From: Gammaproteobacteria bacterium
GTDB taxonomy: Bacteria > Pseudomonadota > Gammaproteobacteria > Magnimaribacterales > AG-339-G14
NCBI GenBank assembly: GCA_038141925.1
Contig: JAYQJB010000002.1
Coordinates: 291,568 to 355,567, forward strand
Length of the DNA: 64,000 nt
Direction: 5' to 3'
Position numbers and translations under genes: made by a program. Below, piece by piece: positions 32,716-47,817 of this stretch; position 1 is the first letter of the stretch; the number at the start of each line of letters is the position of its first letter. The notes under the pieces were generated by a model. That model worked only from the letters and a program-made list of their open reading frames with translations. It was not told the origin of the DNA and ran no database searches.

Positions 32716-33465
32716 TTACTTTTCCGCAATATGAAGCGTTACGATGCCTGCTGTCATGATGTCATAGGAAACATTTTTAAAATTTACTGACTCAAGCATT
32801 TGTTTAAATTCTTCTTGCGATGGGTGCATCCTTATTGATTCTGCAAGATATTGATAACTTTCCTCATCTTGAGCAAAAAATTTTCCAAGTTTAGGCAAAA
32901 TCTTAAATGAATAGAAATCATATAAGTCAGATATCAAAGGAGCTTCAGGCTTTGAAAATTCCAAGACCAAAAGCCTTCCTCCAGGTTTTAAACATCTGTA
33001 AAAATTTTTTAAGGCTTCGAGCTTATTCGTTACGTTTCTAATTCCAAAACCTATGGTTATGCAATTGAATCTGTTATTGGGGAAAGGGAGATTTTCAGCA
33101 TCAGCAACAGTAGTTTTTATATTCAATTTATTTTTATCAAGACTTCTTGCTTTGCCAAGTTTTAACATTTTCTCATTGATATCGCTGAGGATGATTTCAC
33201 CTGAATCTCCTACCAAATCTGACATTAAAATAGATAGGTCCCCCGTTCCTCCGGCGACATCTAAAACAGAATCACCTTGTTTTAAATTGGATAGTTCGAT
33301 TGTGCCTCGCTTCCATAAGCGATGAATCCCCAAGGACATTAGGTCGTTCATAAGATCGTAATTTTTAGCAACAGAATCAAAAACACCCTTAACCATTTCT
33401 GGTTTTTCTGTTTTATCTACATTCTTATAACCAAAGTTGGTTTCGTTGTTTTCGTTTTTACTCAT
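32716..33465 (-). CDS. ubiE: Demethylmenaquinone/ubiquinone C-methyltransferase UbiE
   Basis: FDSVAKNYDLMNDLMSLGIHRLWKR, VLDVAGGTGD and GGRLLVLEFS motifs. Confidence 0.9.
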   Translation of the reverse strand: MSKNENNETNFGYKNVDKTEKPEMVKGVFDSVAKNYDLMNDLMSLGIHRLWKRGTIELSNLKQGDSVLDVAGGTGDLSILMSDLVGDSGEIILSDINEKMLKLGKARSLDKNKLNIKTTVADAENLPFPNNRFNCITIGFGIRNVTNKLEALKNFYRCLKPGGRLLVLEFSKPEAPLISDLYDFYSFKILPKLGKFFAQDEESYQYLAESIRMHPSQEEFKQMLESVNFKNVSYDIMTAGIVTLHIAEK

Positions 33466-33500
33466 TTCTTTGGAATCTGTTAGTATTGTAGTTTATTCAT

Positions 33501-34040
33501 ATGGAAAACAAATTAATTTGGCTAGACTTAGAAATGACTGGTCTAGAACCGCAATCCGAAAGAATTATAGAGATTTTCACCGCCATTACTAATGAAGATT
33601 TAACAGAAGTAATCGAAGGACCAAATATCGTAATATCTCAACCAGCAGAATATTTAGACAATATGGATGATTGGAATCAAGATCATCATTCCAGGTCGGG
33701 ATTATTAGACGAAGTTAAAAATAGTGATATTTCTCAAGAGGACGCAGAGATGAGGACTCTGAATTTTATAAAAGAACATGTGGGAAAAAATAAGTCACCA
33801 CTTTGTGGTAACACAATTCACCACGACAGAAAGTTTTTAACACTGTATATGCCTCAACTAGAAGAGTACTTTCACTACAGAAATATAGACGTTAGCTCCT
33901 TCAAAGAAGTAGCGAAGAGATGGCGTCCAGAAGTCACTATGGCACAAGCTAAGCAAGTAGCGCATAGAGCAAAAGCAGATGTTTTTGAATCTATAAATGA
34001 ATTGCGGTTTTACCGAGATGAATTTTTTGCAAAAAACTAA
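33501..34040 (+). CDS. orn: Oligoribonuclease
   Basis: LIWLDLEMTGL (DEDDh exo motif I), GNTIHHDRKFL and HRAKADV. Confidence 0.9.
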   Translation: MENKLIWLDLEMTGLEPQSERIIEIFTAITNEDLTEVIEGPNIVISQPAEYLDNMDDWNQDHHSRSGLLDEVKNSDISQEDAEMRTLNFIKEHVGKNKSPLCGNTIHHDRKFLTLYMPQLEEYFHYRNIDVSSFKEVAKRWRPEVTMAQAKQVAHRAKADVFESINELRFYRDEFFAKN

Positions 34041-34094
34041 CTTTTTTACTGTATCTTTCCCCGTTTTCATTATAATTGCCATCCCTTTTAAGAT

Positions 34095-35427
34095 ATGAAG
34101 AAAGTCTTTATCCAAACCCATGGCTGTCAAATGAATGAATACGATTCAGCCAAAATGCTTGAGTTACTAGGCGAGAAAAGTAATTTTCCAAACTACAGAA
34201 AATGAGGCAGAAGCAGATTTATTAGTCCTAAATACTTGTTCAATCAGAGAAAAAGCACAAGAAAGGGTATTCCACCAAGTTGGACGCTGGAAAGCTTTGA
34301 AAGACAACAATCCCAATCTAAAGATTGCCGTTGGTGGGTGTGTTGCAAGCCAAGAGGGAGAAGCTATTTCTAAAAGAGCTCCAGCAGTAGATATTGTGTT
34401 TGGTCCACAAACTCTGCATAAACTCCCAGATTTGTATGAAGAATCTTCACAAGATGGAAAAAGAAAACTTGATATTTCCTTTCCAAAAATTGAAAAGTTT
34501 GATCACTTTCCTGAGCCTAAAGCCGAGGGACCTTCCGCCTTTGTTTCTGTCATGGAAGGATGCAATAAATATTGTTCTTTTTGTGTGGTTCCGCACACCC
34601 GAGGGCATGAGGTTAGCAGACCGTTTGATGATATTTTACAAGAAGTGAAATCATTGGCGAATCAAGGAGTAAGAGAGATAAATTTTTTAGGACAAAATGT
34701 AAATAATTTCAAAGGCGAAAAAGATGGAGAAAAATCCTCTTTAGCGGAATTGATTAGAGATGCTGCTCAGATCGATAATATAGATCGTCTAAGATTTACT
34801 ACCAGTCATCCGTTTGAATTTAAAGATGATCTTGTAGAACTTTACCTTGATGTGCCTGAGTTGGTCAGCCATGTACATTTGCCGGTTCAAAGTGGATCAG
34901 ACAGGATTTTGAAGTTAATGAGAAGAAGGTATACCAGAGAGAGTTATTTGGATTTAGTGAATCGTATAAGAACAAATCGTCCCGATATTAGTTTTTCTTC
35001 AGATTTTATAGTTGGTTTTCCGGGCGAGACTGAAGAAGATTTTCAAGACACTCTGGATGTCATCGATAGCGTTAAGTTCGATGAATCCTTTAGTTTCATA
35101 TATAGCCCAAGACCTAATACCCCAGCAGCTAAAATGGAAGACGATGTCAATCTAGATGAAAAAAAAGAAAGATTGAGTATCCTCCAAAATAAGCTAAATA
35201 ACTATTCCAGTCAGATCAGTCGCAAAATGGTTGGTACCACGGAAAAGTGTTTAGTCACAGACATTTCAAAGAGGAATCCAGGAGAATTCCAAGCCAGAAC
35301 GGAAAATAATCGTGTTGTTAATTTCTCTTCAGCTAAAAACATAATTGGAAGTTTTGTTGATTTAGAAATTGTTGAGGCAAAACCAAACTCACTTAGAGGT
35401 AATTTTACTGGAGGTACAATCAATTAA
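34095..35427 (+). CDS. miaB: tRNA-i6A37 methylthiotransferase MiaB; frameshifted
   Basis: ATG 34095 gives [21 protein letters not shown]. The shifted frame continues ...[23 protein letters not shown] into ORF 34297-35427 (radical-SAM [12 protein letters not shown] domain). The shift lies near 34176-34187. Confidence 0.9.
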
Positions 35428-35430
35428 TTT

Positions 35431-36405
35431 ATGTCTGAATTGAAATTCAAACTTGAATCGGACGATTCAAAAAAACTATCAATAATTTGTGGCCCAGTTA
35501 ACTCTAACTTATCAAAGATAGAGGATTCTCTTTCAATTAAAATCAAAAATAGAGGCAGCTTATTTTCTATTTCCGGTGAAGATCAAAATATTACAAAAGG
35601 TCGACTCGTTATTGAAGAGCTCTTTAGTTTCGCTGACCAGTCAAAAGATATTTCTCCAAAAGAAATCCATTTCTTTATTTCCAAAGCTTTGAATCAGCCA
35701 AACGAATCAAAAAACTTTAAATTGGAGTCAAAAAGCGCTTTTTCTCTAACAACACCAAAATTAGAGGTCATTCCAAGAAACCAATCTCAAGAAGATTTTA
35801 TCAACTCCATTTCTTCGCATGATATTTCCTTTGGCATCGGACCAGCCGGTACTGGAAAAACATATTTGGCTGTTGCAGTCGCTGTGAATTTATTCATTCA
35901 GAGGAAAATTTATAAAATTATTCTGACTAGGCCTTTGGTAGAGGCTGGTGAGAGACTAGGGTTCTTGCCAGGTGATTTAGCTCAAAAAGTAGATCCATAC
36001 CTTCAGCCTCTCTATGACGCTTTGAATGAAATGTTAGGCTTTGAAACTGTTAACAAATTCATAGAAAGGGGGAATATTGAATTGGCACCCTTGGCTTACA
36101 TGAGAGGCAGAACCTTAAACGATGCTTTTTTGATTTTAGATGAAGCTCAAAACTGTACCTCCATGCAAATGAAAATGTTTCTAACAAGATTAGGCTTCAA
36201 TTCCAAAGCGGTTGTTACTGGAGATGTTACTCAAATAGATCTACCGTCTAAAAAAATGTCCGGTCTGTCAGATGCCGTAAAGATTTTAGAAGGTCAAAAA
36301 GGAATTTCTTTTTTCCATTTTGCATCCAAAGATGTAGTCAGACACAATCTGGTGCAAAGCATCATCGAAGCTTACGAAAAAAACTCAAAAAATAATGAAG
36401 ATTGA
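35431..36405 (+). CDS. ybeZ: PhoH-family ATPase (YbeZ)
   Basis: Walker A GPAGTGKTYLAV; ILDEAQN; miaB-phoH-ybeY-corC synteny. Confidence 0.85.
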   Translation: MSELKFKLESDDSKKLSIICGPVNSNLSKIEDSLSIKIKNRGSLFSISGEDQNITKGRLVIEELFSFADQSKDISPKEIHFFISKALNQPNESKNFKLESKSAFSLTTPKLEVIPRNQSQEDFINSISSHDISFGIGPAGTGKTYLAVAVAVNLFIQRKIYKIILTRPLVEAGERLGFLPGDLAQKVDPYLQPLYDALNEMLGFETVNKFIERGNIELAPLAYMRGRTLNDAFLILDEAQNCTSMQMKMFLTRLGFNSKAVVTGDVTQIDLPSKKMSGLSDAVKILEGQKGISFFHFASKDVVRHNLVQSIIEAYEKNSKNNED

Positions 36406-36856
36406 GCTAATCAACGATCACTACAAAAAAATTCCTGAGCCTTTTAAGAAAAAGGAAATAAAAAAGCTCATTGATGTAGTCTTAAAAAAGATTGGTTTTG
36501 AAGAACTTGAAAATGGTCAAATCAATATCAAATATACATCAGAAGAAGAAATTAAAATATTGAACGAAAAGTTTTACAACAAAGTGGGCGTCACCAATGT
36601 CTTGGCTTTTACCAACAACCAAGAAATTCCTGAAAGCAAAGAAAGATTAATTGGCGAGATTGCCATATGTATCAGTCAAATCGAAAAAGAAGCAAAAATG
36701 TATAAAAAAGCTGTAGAGACTAGGTTGAAACATATGATTGTCCATGGCGTGCTTCATCTTTTTGGTTTTGATCATCAAAAGAAAGGCGAACAAAAAGAGA
36801 TGGAACAAGTAGAAGATGATATTATCACCAGCTGTCTTGGTGAGAGACCTTATTAA
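36395..36856 (+). CDS. ybeY: rRNA maturation endoribonuclease YbeY
   Basis: HGVLHLFGFDH zinc-binding motif. Confidence 0.85.
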   Translation: MKIELINDHYKKIPEPFKKKEIKKLIDVVLKKIGFEELENGQINIKYTSEEEIKILNEKFYNKVGVTNVLAFTNNQEIPESKERLIGEIAICISQIEKEAKMYKKAVETRLKHMIVHGVLHLFGFDHQKKGEQKEMEQVEDDIITSCLGERPY

Positions 36857-36859
36857 ATA

Positions 36860-37762
36860 ATGAAAGAAGAACCTCCAAGTATAAGTGCCCAGCCGGAAAA
36901 GTTGGGCTTAATACAACGCATTAAAAGTTTTTTTAGGGATTTCCACATCAGAATTTCCTTCAAACCAACAAATCAAGAAGAGCTAACCTCTGTTTTAAGG
37001 GATGCAGAGGAAAACAACCTGATTGATAAAGGTGTTTTGGATATGATGGAAGAAACCATTGATTTTTCATCTACTCCAGTAAAAGAAGTGATGGTGCCAA
37101 AAACTCAAGTTATATCCATCAAAGAAACCGAAGGTTTAGCTGAATTTTTACCTCGAATTCTTGAATCAGCTCATTCAAGATTTCCAGTGTTTGATGAGCC
37201 CCAAGAAAAAATTAAAGGTATCTTGCTTGCAAAAGATTTATTGAAATTTGGTCCTGGCCTATTGGGACAGGAAGAAAATATAAATTTCGATCTGTCACAG
37301 ATTTTAAGACCAATTAATTTCATTCCTGAAAGTAAAAAAATAAATATACTCTTAGAGGAATTCAAAACGAACAGAAGTCACATGGCTGCAGTTGTTGATG
37401 AGTTTGGTGAAATTAGTGGGATCGTTACCATTGAAGATGTTCTAGAAGAAATTGTTGGAGAAATCAAAGACGAAACCGACACCAGCGAATCTGAAGATAT
37501 TATTCAATTAACCGAAAACGAGTTTAATGTTTCAGCCTTAACCGAGATTGAAACTTTCAACGATCGCTTTTCTTCAAGTTTTGAGGCAACAGACTTCGAC
37601 ACGATCGGTGGAATTGTCTTAAATGCTTTTGGAAAAATTCCTTTAGTAAATGACTCAATCGAAATACAAAATTTTCACTTCACTGTTTTAGCTGCAAACA
37701 AAAGACAAATTTTAAAATTGAGAATTAAGGTTTTAGAATCTACTTCCGAAGAACCTAACTAG
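36860..37762 (+). CDS. corC: CBS-pair / CorC_HlyC domain protein (CorC/YbeX)
   Basis: CBS-pair region plus C-terminal transporter-associated domain; conserved position after ybeY. Confidence 0.8.
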   Translation: MKEEPPSISAQPEKLGLIQRIKSFFRDFHIRISFKPTNQEELTSVLRDAEENNLIDKGVLDMMEETIDFSSTPVKEVMVPKTQVISIKETEGLAEFLPRILESAHSRFPVFDEPQEKIKGILLAKDLLKFGPGLLGQEENINFDLSQILRPINFIPESKKINILLEEFKTNRSHMAAVVDEFGEISGIVTIEDVLEEIVGEIKDETDTSESEDIIQLTENEFNVSALTEIETFNDRFSSSFEATDFDTIGGIVLNAFGKIPLVNDSIEIQNFHFTVLAANKRQILKLRIKVLESTSEEPN

Positions 37763-38657
37763 AATTTTCTTGAAGAATTTTCTTTAGCTCCGCACCTAGC
37801 AATTCAACATCTTGAATGCCTCCATAATTTGGTCTTATGACAATTGCTATTTCTCTGTGAGGGCCAGATTCGTCGAGATGTAAACTTTTAAGGTCTGGGT
37901 TACCTGCCATCAACTGAGTGATAGCCATCCTTGGTACCAAAGTAGAACCAATGCCGCTTTTTACAAATTGTATAAGGGTGTTTAAAGAGGAGGCTTTGAA
38001 AGAAATATTGCTTGCTTGCTTAGTCATTTTGCACGCAGACAGAATGTGATCTTTGAGGCAATGTCCTTCTTCTAGTAACAGTAATTCAGATCGATCAAGC
38101 TCATTGGCTCTTATTACCTTGTCTTTGGAGCGCACGTCATTTTTCTTAGTAATCCAAAAAAAGTCTTCAGCCCAAAATTTAATTGGTATCAAACCTTGAA
38201 GCTTGAAGGGCAAAGCAAGAATGGCCATATCCAAATCTCCATTTTTGACTTTATCAATGAGATCGTTCGACTGACCTTCAGAGATGTTTAAATTCAACTT
38301 AGGAAATTTAGTACTCAAAGAATTGACAGCGTATGGCATCAAGAAGGGGCTTATGGTTGGAATGACTCCGAGAGATATAGGGTGTGAAAGTGGTTGTGAA
38401 TTGTTTTCAGAGATTTTTTGAATGTCTTCCAGTTGTAACTTAATGCTCTTATATTTCTTTAAAATTTCTTCACCCAATTTAGTAACAATTACTTTTTTAT
38501 TGTTTCTTTCAAAAATTTCAAAACCCAATTGTTTTTCCATTTCTGATATAGCATTACTTAAAGTGGAAGCGGAGACAAAACACTTATCTGCAGCATTTTT
38601 AAAATGCATCTCTTTTTCAACCGCTAAGGCATAATTTATTTGCTTGATACTAACCAT
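37755..38657 (-). CDS. oxyR: LysR-type peroxide-sensing regulator OxyR
   Basis: LysR HTH N-terminus; the redox Cys pair context LLLLEEGHCLKDHILSAC matches the OxyR C199/C208 spacing; divergent from katG. Confidence 0.8.
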   Translation of the reverse strand: MVSIKQINYALAVEKEMHFKNAADKCFVSASTLSNAISEMEKQLGFEIFERNNKKVIVTKLGEEILKKYKSIKLQLEDIQKISENNSQPLSHPISLGVIPTISPFLMPYAVNSLSTKFPKLNLNISEGQSNDLIDKVKNGDLDMAILALPFKLQGLIPIKFWAEDFFWITKKNDVRSKDKVIRANELDRSELLLLEEGHCLKDHILSACKMTKQASNISFKASSLNTLIQFVKSGIGSTLVPRMAITQLMAGNPDLKSLHLDESGPHREIAIVIRPNYGGIQDVELLGAELKKILQENSS

Positions 38658-38763
38658 TTATGTTCGATTTTTTAGAATATTAAATAAGAAATATACATAT
38701 TTAACAATACATAAAAAGATAGTTTAATATAGGAAGAATTTGTTTTTATATGAGGTGAAATAG
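38658..38763. promoter_or_regulatory. Divergent oxyR-katG control region (expected OxyR operator and both promoters); katG RBS GAGGTG
   Basis: 106-bp AT-rich intergenic region; contains ATAGTTTAATATAG but no full OxyR consensus that I can align by eye; GAGGTG lies 8 nt before the katG ATG. Confidence 0.4.
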
Positions 38764-40910
<2,147 letters not shown>

Positions 40911-40942
40911 CTCTTAGGTCGAAAGTTCTTCTTGGCTTTTAA

Positions 40943-42250
<1,308 letters not shown>

Positions 42251-42251
<1 letters not shown>

Positions 42252-43597
42252 TAACTATCTAGATAACCACTGATCTCATAGATGTCTGCTGGCGATAAAA
42301 TACCTGAAGCTAATTTCAATTCTAAAGTACTAATGATGTAATCGTACTTAGCAGCAATGAGATCTCTTTGTGCTGAAAAATAGTTTTTTTCTGCATTTAA
42401 CAAATCAACAATATTTCGGGTGTTTTCTTCATATCCAACCATTGTTGCTTTGAGCGCAAAGTTTGAGGATTTTAAAGAAGCTTTTCTAGCATTCACATTG
42501 GCTAAATTGGTCAATACCGAAGTAAATTTTGTTTTTACGTCCCTAATTACAAATCTTTCAGCAAGAAGTTCTTGCTGATCTGCTTGCTCTGCTAAGGCAT
42601 TAGCTTCTCTTCTTTCTGCATGCAACAAGCCGCCTGTAACAATTGGCCAATTGAATTCCAAACTGTATCTAGTTTGCTCAATCCCGTTTGGACCAAAAAT
42701 AGCGCCAGTCTGAGGACTGAAATCTACGATACCTCTTGAGTTGTTTTGAGTAATGCTCGCAACTAAGTCTATATCTGGGAAATGAGAAGCAAGTTTTGCT
42801 TGCGAATTTTTCCTAGCTGCCGTTGCGTTTAACTTTGATGCTTTTAAGGTAAAACTATTTGCCAAAGCTAAATCTGCCCATTGATCCTGTTCTACTGGAT
42901 CAGGCTTACTCACAGGAAAATCATCATTTAAATCTTTTATGTCAGGAGCATCTCCTATGATTGAGATCATTGCCTCTCTGGCAAATTCAAGTTGTCCTTC
43001 AGAAGCAATTTTTGAAACTCTTGCTAAATCATAAAAGGCTTGAGCTTCTTGAAATTCAGATTTAGAGGATACGCCTTCTTCGTAGAGTCGTTTGGTTCGA
43101 TCTCTTTGCTTTTTAATGGATTGTTCTTCCAATCTTGCAACTTCAAGATTTTTTTTAGCTTTTAAAAGATTGAAATAAATGTTGGATATTCTGATGATGG
43201 TTTCTTGTTGTGAAAGGGCGAATTTTGCTTCTGCAGCTTCGCCAAGTGCTTTACCTTGAGAAAATTGAAACCATGAATCAACTCTAAAGATTGGATGAAC
43301 CAAATTAGCGGAGTAATAATTAGAGATGCTGCCTTGGGTATCAGTAAATAATGAAGTATTTTCAGTATTTTTATTTTCGTTCCAAGTAGTTCCCGCTCTA
43401 AGAGAAAACTTAGGCAGCAAGCCTGCCATGGCTTTATTTTTTATTTCTTTGTTAGCATTAAATGTTGCTTCATCAATTTTCAGCTGAGGATCGTTTGTAA
43501 GCGCAAGCTCATAGACGTCTGCCAAAGTCGCTGTATGACCAAAGGAGCTTAAGAATAAAAGGGATAAAGTTATTAGAAATGATGCAAATTTTTCCAA
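42251..43597 (-). CDS. tolC: TolC-family outer membrane efflux protein
   Basis: Probable TTG start at 43597, 6 nt after GAGGAG, giving signal peptide MEKFASFLITLSLLFLSSFGHTA. Mature TLADVYELALTNDPQL plus the two-repeat OEP architecture is typical of TolC. Confidence 0.75.
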
Positions 43598-43682
43598 AAG
43601 AAGCTCCTCTTGAGTTAAATTATGATTTGGAATGACATGATAATTTCTTGTAACCTTTTTTACCATTAAAATAATCAAATAA

Positions 43683-45440
<1,758 letters not shown>

Positions 45441-45442
45441 AG

Positions 45443-45919
45443 ATGAAACAACAAGGCGATCAAATTTCAGATGCTACTCTGAGAAAATTAGGATCCGAGG
45501 GCATCGATTCTATTCAATTAAACGAATACTCTAAAGACAAAAAGTTAGTGTTGATAGGAGTTCCTGGAGCTTTTACTCCTACTTGTTCGGTAAATCACGT
45601 ACCTGGGTTTATTGAAAAAGCCGATGAAATTCTTGCTAAAGGAGTTGATGAAATAATCTGTATTTCAGTAACTAATCCTTGGGTTATGGATGCTTGGGGA
45701 AAAAATTTAAATGCAGATAAAATTACCATGCTATCAGATGGAAACTGCGAATTCACAGAGAGCATGGGACTCATTATGGACGGCAGCGGCTTTGGTCTTG
45801 GGAAGGTTTCATCGAGATATGCTGCTATTGTCGAAGACGGAAAGATAAATTGCTTACTTGCAGAAAAAGGCGGTGCATTTGAAGTAAGCAGTGCAGAAAA
45901 TATTCTAGAACACTTATAA
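45443..45919 (+). CDS. Prx5-type (atypical 2-Cys) peroxiredoxin
   Basis: GVPGAFTPTCS peroxidatic Cys motif; 158 aa. Confidence 0.8.
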   Translation: MKQQGDQISDATLRKLGSEGIDSIQLNEYSKDKKLVLIGVPGAFTPTCSVNHVPGFIEKADEILAKGVDEIICISVTNPWVMDAWGKNLNADKITMLSDGNCEFTESMGLIMDGSGFGLGKVSSRYAAIVEDGKINCLLAEKGGAFEVSSAENILEHL

Positions 45920-45921
45920 GC

Positions 45922-47817
45922 TTGGCTAATAGAGACTACACATCTGAATCCATTGAGGTGCTTTCGGGTCTAGAGCCCGTTAGAAAAAGGCCTGGAATGT
46001 ATACCGATACTACCAGTCCCAATCACTTGGTGATGGAAGTGATTGATAATAGTGTAGATGAGGCTTTGGCAGGTTATGCAAAAGAAATTTCAGTTGTCCT
46101 AAATAAAGATTTTTCTGTTTCTGTTGAAGATGATGGCAGAGGTATGCCAGTTGATATTCACCCAGAAGAAAAAGTACCAGGTGTGGAATTAATTTTTTCA
46201 AGACTGCATGCTGGTGCTAAGTTTTCAAATAAAGATTATGTTTTTTCTGGAGGGCTTCATGGTGTTGGTGTTTCAGTTGTAAATGCTCTTTCGACATATC
46301 TCGATGCTGAAATCAAACGAGACGGAAAAAAGTATGAAATTAAATTTAAAGATAGCGTAAAGAAAAAAGATCTGAAGGTTATAGACAGTGTTGGACAAAG
46401 AAATTCAGGAACAAAAATTTTATTCAAAGCCGATCCATCATTTTTTGATACCGAAAAAATTTCCGGAAAATACCTTTCCAATTCCCTGAAAGCAAAAGCC
46501 GTTCTCTGTCCAGGTTTAAAAATTAAATTTAAAGACGAAGTTAATAAGACAAAAGAAGAGTGGTGTTTCGTTGATGGGCTTGGAAAATATTTAAGCACTT
46601 CGCTAGGCGAAGGCGAATATCTACCTGACGAACCGATCGAAGGAGAGTTCGAGGATGAGGAAAACTCACTTGCTTGGGCAGTGTCTTGGGAATTACGAGA
46701 TCAGGAAAGCATTACTGAAAGTTATGTGAACCTAATTCCTACTATCCAAGGCGGTACACATGTTGCTGGTATGCGAACTGGAATCACCGATGCCTTGAAA
46801 GAATTTTGTGAATATCGAAATTTAATTCCCAAAGGTGTAAAAGTTACTGCGGAAGATGTCTGGAAAAATGCCTCTTATGTTCTTTCCGCAAAACTAAAAG
46901 ACCCACAATTTTCTGGGCAAACCAAAGAGAAACTATCTTCGAAAGACTTTCAAACTATTGCAGCGAATATTACAAGAGATGCTTTTGCCATTTGGCTCAA
47001 CAAGGAAACAGAGCTTGCTGAGAGAATTGCTAATATTGCAATCGATAACGCACAAAAAAGAGTAAAGGAAAGCAAATCTGTAGAGAGAAAGAAAGTTACC
47101 AAAGGAGTAACTCTTCCAGGAAAACTTTCTGATTGTGTTTCGTCTAATTACGAAGAAACCGAGTTGTTTTTAGTAGAAGGAGATTCTGCCGGCGGTTCAG
47201 CGAAACAAGCTAGGGATAGAAACTTTCAAGCTGTTATGGCTTTAAAAGGCAAAATTTTAAATACTTGGGAAGTTGATACCGATGCGGTAAATCAATCGCA
47301 AGAGGTAAAAGATATTGGCATGGCAATTGGATTGCAACCAGGATGTAGAGTCTTGGACGGTCTGAGATACGGCAAGATATGTATCTTGGCAGACGCAGAT
47401 TCTGATGGCCTACACATCGCAACGTTGATTTGTGCCCTATTTCTCAAACATTTCAGGCCTTTGGTAGAGGAAGGTAGGCTATATGTAGCTCAGCCTCCTT
47501 TATTCAGAATCGATCAAGGCAAGGATATTTATTATGCCCTGGATGAAAAAGAAAAAGACGACTTGGTAAAAAAACTTACAACGCAAAATAAAAGAATCAA
47601 AGTTGAAATACAAAGATTTAAAGGTTTGGGTGAAATGAATCCATCTCAGTTGAAAGAAACTACTATGTCCCAAGACGTAAGAAAATTACTGCAACTCAAA
47701 TTAGAAAAAGGAAATAGTGCAACGACTATGTTCAACATGTTGCTCTCTAAAAAAAGAGCTCCAGATAGAAAAAGTTGGTTAGAAAGCAAAGGAGATTTAG
47801 CAAGTATCAATGAGTAA
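45922..47817 (+). CDS. parE: DNA topoisomerase IV subunit B
   Basis: 631 aa (ParE length, lacking the GyrB insertion); GHKL ATPase, [14 protein letters not shown] and PLKGKILN-type Toprim motifs; followed by parC. Confidence 0.9.
   Translation: MANRDYTSESIEVLSGLEPVRKRPGMYTDTTSPNHLVMEVIDNSVDEALAGYAKEISVVLNKDFSVSVEDDGRGMPVDIHPEEKVPGVELIFSRLHAGAKFSNKDYVFSGGLHGVGVSVVNALSTYLDAEIKRDGKKYEIKFKDSVKKKDLKVIDSVGQRNSGTKILFKADPSFFDTEKISGKYLSNSLKAKAVLCPGLKIKFKDEVNKTKEEWCFVDGLGKYLSTSLGEGEYLPDEPIEGEFEDEENSLAWAVSWELRDQESITESYVNLIPTIQGGTHVAGMRTGITDALKEFCEYRNLIPKGVKVTAEDVWKNASYVLSAKLKDPQFSGQTKEKLSSKDFQTIAANITRDAFAIWLNKETELAERIANIAIDNAQKRVKESKSVERKKVTKGVTLPGKLSDCVSSNYEETELFLVEGDSAGGSAKQARDRNFQAVMALKGKILNTWEVDTDAVNQSQEVKDIGMAIGLQPGCRVLDGLRYGKICILADADSDGLHIATLICALFLKHFRPLVEEGRLYVAQPPLFRIDQGKDIYYALDEKEKDDLVKKLTTQNKRIKVEIQRFKGLGEMNPSQLKETTMSQDVRKLLQLKLEKGNSATTMFNMLLSKKRAPDRKSWLESKGDLASINE

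Noticed and set aside
38658-38763. A specific OxyR operator (ATAG-N7-CTAT-N7-ATAG-N7-CTAT) between oxyR and katG
   Set aside because: Only a partial match (ATAGTTTAATATAG) is visible. I could not align a full four-element site by eye, so only the region is reported.
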